Assembly: GCA_964517155.1 (NCBI GenBank)
Contig: CAZFAZ010000085.1
Span: 1-36,728, forward strand
Direction: 5' to 3'
Source of the DNA: an uncultured Thermoplasmatales archaeon
Lineage (GTDB): Archaea; Thermoplasmatota; E2; DHVEG-1
DNA: 36,728 nucleotides
The notes beneath the pieces are model-generated. The model worked only from the letters and a program-made list of their open reading frames with translations, ran no database searches and was not told the DNA's origin. Below, in pieces: positions 19,848 through 26,953 of the stretch; within the stretch, counting starts at the first letter, position 1; the number at the start of each line of letters is the position of its first letter. Both the position numbers and the translations under genes were made by a program.

Positions 19848-20879
19848 ATGAATAAAAAAATAGCATCTTCGGTGATTATAACAATACTAATAATAACTGT
19901 TTTTAGTGGTTGTAATGAACAAAAAAATACCGAGACATCAGATGTCCATGATGAAGTAACGGTATCAACCTTTGGTGGTTATTTTGCTCTTGCCGAAGAT
20001 AAAGTAAATCTAAACATTCCAAATGGGGCTGTAGAAGGAAAAATAACAATAATAGTTGATAAAATCAATAATGAACCAGACATTCAAGATTATACTTTTG
20101 TCACAGGATACAATTTTCAACCGGATGGCCTAGAATTTTTAGCACCAATAACGTTAGAGATATCCTATGATGATAGTGATATACCTATAGGTATTGATGA
20201 AGAAGACTTAAAAATATGTTTATATGAAAATAACCAGCTAACTGAAATTGATAACTGTTTAAATTTTCCAAGCTATAATCTTATACGTGGTCAAATCAAT
20301 CATTTTTCCGCCTATTGGGTTTGTTCTCCTACTGTTACAGATTCATATAACGAGTCAGAAAAAAATACTTCGGCTATTATAAGATTTGAAGCAGGTCCCA
20401 TTAAGTTTGTTGAGAAGCATTGGGTGTACCCTGAGGATAATCCCATTTGGGAAAATTATCAACTGTATGGTTTTTTTGTGTGGGATCCTGTTTCCTATGT
20501 GCGGTTCTATGAGGTCACCTATAATTCAACAGGCACCTATCCTGCTACAGGTTGGTACCTGAATTGGAATGATTACAAGAAATCAGAGTTTCCTTCACCA
20601 ACGAGCTTTTTGCACGAAGATCCTGAGATATACATCTATGGAGATTATAAGTATTACCCAGGTTACGGCTATTTTGTGACAATCTACAATAATCTTCATG
20701 GTAATTTCCCTGAAAAACATGGAATAGAAGTTTTTAATATTCTTGCTCAGTGGGATGTTTCACAAGGATCTTTAAGCTATGAGTCACTTGATGTGATAGA
20801 AGCAGATATCAAGGCAATGAATGATTTGGCTTCTGAATGGACTCAGGGTTGGTTTGTAACTGTTAGGGCTGTTACATAA
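19848..20879 (+). CDS. Hypothetical lipoprotein with ZU5-like N-terminal domain
   Basis: KK + hydrophobic stretch + FSGC lipobox; LNIPNGAV...FQPDGLEFLAPITLEISY...INHFS resembles ZU5-like modules; aromatic-rich C-terminal half not recognised. Confidence 0.65.
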   Translation: MNKKIASSVIITILIITVFSGCNEQKNTETSDVHDEVTVSTFGGYFALAEDKVNLNIPNGAVEGKITIIVDKINNEPDIQDYTFVTGYNFQPDGLEFLAPITLEISYDDSDIPIGIDEEDLKICLYENNQLTEIDNCLNFPSYNLIRGQINHFSAYWVCSPTVTDSYNESEKNTSAIIRFEAGPIKFVEKHWVYPEDNPIWENYQLYGFFVWDPVSYVRFYEVTYNSTGTYPATGWYLNWNDYKKSEFPSPTSFLHEDPEIYIYGDYKYYPGYGYFVTIYNNLHGNFPEKHGIEVFNILAQWDVSQGSLSYESLDVIEADIKAMNDLASEWTQGWFVTVRAVT

Positions 20880-20971
20880 AAAGAATTTCGGTGGCATTTT
20901 TGTAAAAGGCGAAGGCGGGTTTAAAAACCAACCTTTTTTAAAACAATGTCCTTTACTTCTTCTCAAAAAAT

Positions 20972-21046
20972 GGGCCTGTAGCCTAGCCTGGATTGGGCGG
21001 CAGTCTCCTAAGCTGCAGATCGCGGGTTCGAATCCCGCCAGGTCCG
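20972..21046 (+). tRNA. tRNA-Arg, anticodon CCT
   Basis: Acceptor GGGCCTG/CAGGTCC + discriminator G; anticodon arm GCAGT-CT CCT AA-GCTGC; T arm GCGGG-TTCGAAT-CCCGC; no encoded CCA; TTTTTAAAA about 30 bp upstream. Confidence 0.96.
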
Positions 21047-21047
21047 T

Positions 21048-22052
21048 CTAAAACTTACCTGTTGATTTTGCATACAAACGTCGAAATCGTGCATCTGCAT
21101 ATTTTTTCTTGCTGCGGATTACATCGTAAATAGGCATATTGTGAATTGTCTCACGTAGATCTGCTTCTGAAGTGTGTAAGTATCTTTCTGTCGAGCTGAG
21201 TTTAGCATGACCAAGTAGTTGCTGAACAATAGTTATTCTTGCTCCTGATTTGAGAAGATTAGTTGCATAGAAATGTCGAAAGCTATGTGGATGGATCCAA
21301 GGAACTCCTGCTTTCTTTGCAATATCTTTGATTCTTTTTCTAATATAAACTGGTTTAATAGGTGCATTTTCTGTTGTAAAAAGAGTATCTCCAATTGGGT
21401 AACGCCATTGCTGAATATAGTTTTTCAAACTTGGGTAGTTTAAACCGTTTAAAACCTTTCTTTCAACAGGTACAATCCTGTCTTTGCCACCTTTTCCTTT
21501 CTTGACCATTATTTCAGCGTTTTTCCAGTCGATATCGTCAAGTTTTAGATTGCATAGTTCTGCACATCGAAGCCCTGTTTTACAAAAGAAAACAATAAGC
21601 ATTCTATCTCTTCGATCCGTGTGATTTCTTTCAGATACTACTTCAAGCATTGCTTGAATATCTGCTATACTTGGAACTTTTATTGGTGAGAGATGTTCTT
21701 TGAATTTGTCAAACTTTTTTTCTATTTCTCGGAATTTCAACCATGAGTTTAGAGCTTTAACGTAATTATTTAGTCCTGCATTTGCAGATCCACTTTGAAT
21801 TTTATCATAAAAAAAGGTGTGAACCTGGTTTTCATCTAAATTTAGAAGATCTATTCCATTTCTTTCAAGATATTTTAATTTCTTAATTCTGCCAGGAACT
21901 GTACTTCTAGGATGCAGGCGTTGAACAACAATACAATGTTTGATAAAACTATTCCATATTTCTTCTGTTACTATTTCCTGCTCCTTTTCTGACTTTTCTG
22001 AAAAAGATTTAATACTACTTTTTTCTTCATTTTGCTCGGGGTTTGATATCAT
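21048..22052 (-). CDS. Tyrosine recombinase/integrase
   Basis: Complete catalytic set: TGLRCAEL (R), KGKGGKDR (K), HPHSFRH (HxxR), LLGH (H), TERYLH (Y). GGAG RBS upstream. Confidence 0.95.
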   Translation of the reverse strand: MISNPEQNEEKSSIKSFSEKSEKEQEIVTEEIWNSFIKHCIVVQRLHPRSTVPGRIKKLKYLERNGIDLLNLDENQVHTFFYDKIQSGSANAGLNNYVKALNSWLKFREIEKKFDKFKEHLSPIKVPSIADIQAMLEVVSERNHTDRRDRMLIVFFCKTGLRCAELCNLKLDDIDWKNAEIMVKKGKGGKDRIVPVERKVLNGLNYPSLKNYIQQWRYPIGDTLFTTENAPIKPVYIRKRIKDIAKKAGVPWIHPHSFRHFYATNLLKSGARITIVQQLLGHAKLSSTERYLHTSEADLRETIHNMPIYDVIRSKKKYADARFRRLYAKSTGKF

Positions 22053-22067
22053 GTGTATCAGACTCCA

Positions 22068-22097
22068 GCCCCTTGAGTGTTAGCGCACTCTTGGGGC
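22068..22097. promoter_or_regulatory. GC-rich stem-loop in the integrase 5' region
   Basis: gcccc-tt-gagtg-ttagcg-cactc-tt-ggggc, immediately upstream of the integrase RBS. Confidence 0.7.
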
Positions 22098-22148
22098 AAT
22101 TTTTACTAATTTTTGGTCATATTTTTATAGGTTATACTAACAAAAATC

Positions 22149-22168
22149 ATAAGGAGTTCTCTCCTTAT
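22149..22168. repeat. Perfect 8-bp inverted repeat (possible operator or terminator)
   Basis: ataaggag-ttct-ctccttat, between the NTase-fusion gene end and the integrase. Confidence 0.6.
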
Positions 22169-22202
22169 ATACTCCTGTAAGAGGTAATTGAAACTATTAC
22201 AT

Positions 22203-24092
22203 TCACATATTATTAATAAAATCGGGTATCTCTGTAAAATTAATTATATTAATTCTATTCCTAAGAATATATTTTTCGATATGATGTGAAGATAAAACAA
22301 TGCAAGATTTGATTTTCCAAGTTTTTTCGTTTTTTATATTATAATATTTCTTTATTTGACCTGAATGTTTTCTAATAAAATCTTCTTTGCGTTTTAATAT
22401 AGGTATATAACCTTTTTCTTTTTCAATGAATTCTGTTAGATTATAACATATTTCACGTGTATTATATTTCTCTTCAATATCTTTAGCTTCCCAGAGTACC
22501 ATAGTTTTTTTATCTTTATGAATTGAAATTGCATCTATTTCTCCGGGACATACTTCTTCAATATCTTTTAAACATTTTGTATTTTTCCCGTTTTCTGACT
22601 CAATGTTTCTTTCAGAAAAATCCGAATTTTCTTTTATTATTGAAAATACTTCTTTCTCAAAATCTTTTGATAATTGAGTCTTTCTTTTATTCAAAGCTTT
22701 TGTGACATCTTTTGGTAAAAAATCTTCTGGGATAGGACTTCGTCCTTCTAATATGAGTTTAAAGATTTTATCAATTGTAAAAATCAAGGTTTCCGATCCA
22801 AAATAGATTGTATTATCAATATTAATTAATGGTTTTACTGTAAGTTTATTTTTTCTGGCTTCTTTTTCCCAAGGTCTAATGATCTTACTTTCTTTTATAT
22901 CTATATTTAAAGTATAAAAATCTATAATTTTTTCAATTGTTTTCTTTTCGATGCTAGTTAATTGATTAACAAAATTTATCAATTCTTCTTTTTTTATTTC
23001 AATAATTCCAAACATATTAGGTTCTTTGTATGCAAATATTTCTGGAACAATACGGAGTTCGATTAAGTCAAATCCTAATTTTTTCTTAAGATTTTTACTT
23101 ATTTCATTTAAATTATTTTCTTCACATATCAATTGTCTTGACTTTTCTATGGTTTTTTTAATAATATCGTCAGTTGGAGAATACTGAATGCCATCCTCTA
23201 TAAGCGCTTCTCTTTTATCGTCTTTTAATAAATATTTTGATAGATCTAAATCTTTTAATCCTTCAATATAATCTTCTTTATATTTTTCAATTGGATTTTC
23301 ATCTATAATTATGTTAAAAATATGCCCCTTTTCAAAATCAATTTCAACTTTTACATCAAAAAAATCAGACAAATGGAAAATATAATCACTAATAGTTGCA
23401 ATGGTTAACATTCTCATTACAACTGGACAGATATTTTGCCAAGTATCTGTATTCATTCTTTCCTTTCCCGATATATTAATAAAAGTAGCAAGTTCAAGTA
23501 AGTATCTACAAGAAGGAGCATATAAATTAAGTTCATCTAATCTTTCTCCAATCCAAGTTATCCAAACATCTTCTCCGTTAGTTTTAATCTGATTAATCAT
23601 TTCCTCTTTTATTTCATTCCAATTTAAACCTTTTTTGATCAACTCTATACAATCTTCAAGATCTCCAGGTCTTTCTGTCATACTTTTAAACAAGAAAATA
23701 TCTTCATTCGAACATTTATTAACAGAAATATTTTTTAGACTAATTATTTCGTTAGATCTTTTAATCATATCATTTGATAAAGCAAATTTTTTACATACTT
23801 TTTTCAAGAAAGCATCTATCCTATAGTCCTCTCGAACCATGATTTTATTTAGTTCCATCTTCTTGTAAAGACCAGAAGGATTTTCCTCTTTGAAATTTAT
23901 AGTGACTAAAGATTTATTGAAAAAATTAAATTCATCTTTATCTTTAAGAATTAAATCAATATCTTTTGTAGCAGGTTTCAATCCTTCAAATAAAAGTGCT
24001 GCACCCCCGATTATATATACCTTAACAGTATCTTTTAAATTCTCATCAATTTCATGAAATAATTCTTCTATTTGTTTAAATTTTGATATCAT
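22203..24092 (-). CDS. DUF6036/AbiEii-like nucleotidyltransferase fused to a region ending in a PD-(D/E)XK nuclease-like domain
   Basis: N-terminus: IIGGAAL...ATKDIDL, RIDAF, DIFLFKSMTERPGDLED. C-terminus: DFEKEV...PGEIDAISI...VLWEAKD. Confidence 0.7.
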   Translation of the reverse strand: MISKFKQIEELFHEIDENLKDTVKVYIIGGAALLFEGLKPATKDIDLILKDKDEFNFFNKSLVTINFKEENPSGLYKKMELNKIMVREDYRIDAFLKKVCKKFALSNDMIKRSNEIISLKNISVNKCSNEDIFLFKSMTERPGDLEDCIELIKKGLNWNEIKEEMINQIKTNGEDVWITWIGERLDELNLYAPSCRYLLELATFINISGKERMNTDTWQNICPVVMRMLTIATISDYIFHLSDFFDVKVEIDFEKGHIFNIIIDENPIEKYKEDYIEGLKDLDLSKYLLKDDKREALIEDGIQYSPTDDIIKKTIEKSRQLICEENNLNEISKNLKKKLGFDLIELRIVPEIFAYKEPNMFGIIEIKKEELINFVNQLTSIEKKTIEKIIDFYTLNIDIKESKIIRPWEKEARKNKLTVKPLINIDNTIYFGSETLIFTIDKIFKLILEGRSPIPEDFLPKDVTKALNKRKTQLSKDFEKEVFSIIKENSDFSERNIESENGKNTKCLKDIEEVCPGEIDAISIHKDKKTMVLWEAKDIEEKYNTREICYNLTEFIEKEKGYIPILKRKEDFIRKHSGQIKKYYNIKNEKTWKIKSCIVLSSHHIEKYILRNRINIINFTEIPDFINNM

Positions 24093-24945
24093 ACAATTCT
24101 GCCTTCTCTTTTATCTCATCCAAGGTAGGATATCTCTCTATTTTATTCCCTTTAAGAATATTATCAAAGTTCTTCAGTATTGGGCTTTTTATTTTTATAA
24201 ATTCACATCTAAACTTTATATAAAAAAGCGCTACATATGTTAAATATCTATAATCTTTTTCTTTGTTAGTAATATAAATTGAATGAAGCAATATTTCTTC
24301 TTTTGATAAGTTTTTATTAGGTAAATAGTAAAAATTTGTTGGAAGTAATATCTTTATTTTATATTTTTCATATACTGAGAATGCAGTAGGAGTCGCTTTT
24401 AATTCAGAATTATTTGAGAATAAAATTTCATCCTCATTTTTATGGTATATTATAGAATTTACAGGAATTCTATTATCAATTGCCTCTTCGAACTTTTTAT
24501 TTTCCTGCAAATAATTCTTCAGATTTGGCCATATTTTTTCATTAATTGTATATTTATGATTTTTATTTTTTTCAATTGCACTTATATTGCGCCCTATCTT
24601 AATTTTTTTATAAATTGTACTCTTCTTTAGATTTGTCTCCTGCATTATTTCATTAATCGATTTTGGTTTTAAAATTGATATTAGGATCCTCAATCCTGAA
24701 TCTGAAAAAAGTTTAATTAGACTTGGGTATCTCGAAATAAGATTAAGAATAAGTGCCGAATTAATTGATTTCTCTGGCTCTAACCTACCTCTATTTAAAT
24801 GTAAAAAACCATGTTCCAATAGGTTTTGTTTTGCCCTGTAAATCTGACTATTACTTCTATGAATATTTTGGGCAATATTTTCTATCTTATTATTTCCATA
24901 TGAAACTTGTTCCAATACTTTTAATTCGGTTTGAGATAATTGCAT
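24076..24945 (-). CDS. Winged-HTH regulator / putative antitoxin partner of the nucleotidyltransferase
   Basis: Two HTH-like segments (IENIAQNIHRSNSQIYR; SINEIMQETNLKKSTIYK), then PTAFSVYEKYKI and YPTLDEIKEKAELY. Overlaps the next gene by 17 nt. ATG at 24945 preferred over TTG at 25026. Confidence 0.7.
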   Translation of the reverse strand: MQLSQTELKVLEQVSYGNNKIENIAQNIHRSNSQIYRAKQNLLEHGFLHLNRGRLEPEKSINSALILNLISRYPSLIKLFSDSGLRILISILKPKSINEIMQETNLKKSTIYKKIKIGRNISAIEKNKNHKYTINEKIWPNLKNYLQENKKFEEAIDNRIPVNSIIYHKNEDEILFSNNSELKATPTAFSVYEKYKIKILLPTNFYYLPNKNLSKEEILLHSIYITNKEKDYRYLTYVALFYIKFRCEFIKIKSPILKNFDNILKGNKIERYPTLDEIKEKAELYDIKI

Positions 24946-25058
24946 AATATTATATTTATATGCCATTACTATATATACTTTTCGCATTTTAGTGGAAAAA
25001 TTAATTATTTTTAATTTATTAACCAAATTCCGAATCTAAATTCTTTATTAGGCGTCTA

Positions 25059-25118
25059 CATACAAAAGAAAAATGGATGTTCTGAATTCATGTTTTCTCA
25101 TGTAAAACAGGTCTAACC
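25059..25118 (+). repeat. ~60-bp direct repeat, copy 1 (att-like)
   Basis: Gapless 47/60 match to 26363-26422, with a 24/25 core tttctcatgtaaaacag(g/a)tctaacc. Confidence 0.85.
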
Positions 25119-25151
25119 TGCCATGTCCGTTATATTAAGATCTTGCATAGC

Positions 25152-25179
25152 AGGTTATTTGAACAGAAGAAAATAACCT
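25152..25179. repeat. 9-bp inverted repeat
   Basis: aggttattt-N10-aaataacct, downstream of the Fic gene. Confidence 0.5.
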
Positions 25180-25276
25180 AAATCTTGTATTTTTAGTGTA
25201 CAATACCTTACAATTTTTACATTTGCATTTTAGTATTTTTTTAACAAAATAGCGATTTTGTAAGGGCAATTTAATC

Positions 25277-26230
25277 CTAATAATCCTCTATAATTTTATG
25301 AAGTTGTTCATATGTTTTTTTGGTTTGCTCTAACATAAATTGGTAATAATTCTTTTTGGTTTGCCGTTCATGACCTTTTACTATTGCATTAAAATATGCT
25401 TTTGAATTATCAGCATATATAATTATTGGAAAATATCCTTTATCCATTAATATCTTATTCATGATTAAACGTCCTGTTCTACCATTTCCATCTATAAAAG
25501 GATGAATATATTCATATCTTAAATGAAAGTCAAAAGCAAGTTTAAATGGATACTCCTTCTTTTTTGTTTCTTTATATTTATTTAGTAAATCTTCTAAAGC
25601 CCATTCAACTTGATCTGGGGGAATAGTGAGTTGATTATTTACAATATTCTCAACTTTTTTGAATCCTTTAGGATAAGGCTCACCATTTGACATAGTTAAA
25701 TCTTTTGTTAGAATATAATATAGTCTTTTAACTGATGCAATGTTAAATTTGAAGCCTTTTTGAATATAATTTAAAGCATCAATTGAGTTAAAAACTTCTT
25801 TAATCTCATTTCTATTTTTATATTTACTAATACCTTTTTCAATAATTTTTTTTACTTCTTTGGCCGGAATTTTTGAACCCTCAATATTGTTTGAATTAAA
25901 AATAAATTCTTTAGCAAATTCTATCAATATTTGTTCTCTAATTTCTTTAATTTCAAAAAGATTATCAATTTGTATTGATTTCATCTCAACTTCATTAAGA
26001 AGATTCGGGTTATGAACTAAATCTAATTTACTAAAAAGGTTCTTTCTAATTTCAAATTCTCTCTTAGTAATAAGATCAAAATTATTTTTTAAAAATTCTT
26101 TTTTATTTATTGTAGTAACATTTTTTCCGATATGCTCTCTTACTCTAAAAACCTGACCCATCAGGGATATCTTTTTAACAAATAAGGCATATTCTGTTCT
26201 ATCTTTTTTTTGAACCTCAATATATGACAT
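25277..26230 (-). CDS. Fic-domain protein (class II, self-inhibited type)
   Basis: HPFIDGNGRTGR catalytic motif; upstream SNNIEG matches the (S/T)xxxE(G/N) inhibitory motif. Confidence 0.93.
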   Translation of the reverse strand: MSYIEVQKKDRTEYALFVKKISLMGQVFRVREHIGKNVTTINKKEFLKNNFDLITKREFEIRKNLFSKLDLVHNPNLLNEVEMKSIQIDNLFEIKEIREQILIEFAKEFIFNSNNIEGSKIPAKEVKKIIEKGISKYKNRNEIKEVFNSIDALNYIQKGFKFNIASVKRLYYILTKDLTMSNGEPYPKGFKKVENIVNNQLTIPPDQVEWALEDLLNKYKETKKKEYPFKLAFDFHLRYEYIHPFIDGNGRTGRLIMNKILMDKGYFPIIIYADNSKAYFNAIVKGHERQTKKNYYQFMLEQTKKTYEQLHKIIEDY

Positions 26231-26362
26231 GATTAATAGTACATAGTACTTTCTAGTATATAAATTTTACTTTTATGGCCAGAAATATTCCTAATTTTTT
26301 TACAAATCAGGCCTGTAAAAAATTTTACTAAGCCTGCTAGATATTTCTCCAACAGATAGTCC

Positions 26363-26422
26363 CATACAAACAAAAAATATGTTTTTTAAATGCAGCGTTT
26401 CTCATGTAAAACAGATCTAACC
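26363..26422 (+). repeat. ~60-bp direct repeat, copy 2 (att-like)
   Basis: Lies 1304 bp downstream of copy 1, same orientation. Confidence 0.85.
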
Positions 26423-26442
26423 CCGCAGATCTATCAATAGTT

Positions 26443-26847
26443 TTATTTATAAGTTTTAAATTTTAATATATGAATTGTCACCGCAATTGCAATTATAATT
26501 AAAATCAGTTCAACCAAGTAATTATCTATAACAAAAAAAGCTGAAAAAAGTATAGTTATCCATAATAAAGAAATTGTAAAAATCTTAACCTTTAGTGGTA
26601 TGCCTCTACCAACACAATAATTTTTGATATAGTTGCCAAACAATTTATTGTTCATAAGCCAGTCATAAAATCTTTTTGAACCGCGGGCGTAGCATGCTGC
26701 CGTAAGTAACAAGAAGGGAGTAGTAGGCAAAACTGGTAAAAAAACCCCGATAATCCCAAGCCCTAAAAATATTGTTCCACCCAAGATAAATATAAATCTT
26801 AAAAATTTATTTGAAACAATACAGTATGAATCTGCTTTTTTTATCAT
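26443..26847 (-). CDS. YbaN/DUF454 family membrane protein
   Basis: GLGIIGVFLPVLPTTPFLLLTAACYARGS.RF..WL....FG.YI. Start uncertain (26847 or 26895). Confidence 0.9.
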   Translation of the reverse strand: MIKKADSYCIVSNKFLRFIFILGGTIFLGLGIIGVFLPVLPTTPFLLLTAACYARGSKRFYDWLMNNKLFGNYIKNYCVGRGIPLKVKIFTISLLWITILFSAFFVIDNYLVELILIIIAIAVTIHILKFKTYK

Positions 26848-26869
26848 ATCTACAAATAATGAGATATAT

Positions 26870-26891
26870 CTACTACTAAAAAAAGTAGTAG
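26870..26891. repeat. 8-bp inverted repeat upstream of the YbaN-like gene
   Basis: ctactact-aaaaaa-agtagtag. Confidence 0.5.
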
Positions 26892-26953
26892 TCATTTATA
26901 GCATTTATTATCAGATAAACAAAAAAAATATAGAAAAAATAAGGTTTAATAAT

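Larger units (their letters stand above)
21047..26434. mobile_element. tRNA-Arg-anchored integrative island (integrase + defence/TA-like cargo), apparently two tandem units
   Basis: Integrase stop codon abuts the tRNA 3' end; all cargo genes are on the minus strand; direct repeats at 25059-25118 and 26363-26422, the first followed by a degenerate tRNA 3' end. The right boundary is inferred. Confidence 0.7.

Noticed and set aside
19848..20879. Diversity-generating retroelement target
   Set aside because: No reverse transcriptase and no template/variable repeat pair seen in the window.
21048..22052. Housekeeping XerA or SSV-type split integrase
   Set aside because: It abuts a tRNA 3' end beside accessory cargo and is not interrupted by the tRNA sequence, which fits an island integrase better; XerA cannot be fully excluded without a phylogeny.
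26310..26340. ggcctgta...agcctg as a third tRNA 5' fragment
   Set aside because: Only 8 bp match and the spacing does not fit the tRNA.
25059..26422. CRISPR array or IS terminal repeats
   Set aside because: Only two direct copies 1.3 kb apart; no cas gene or transposase.
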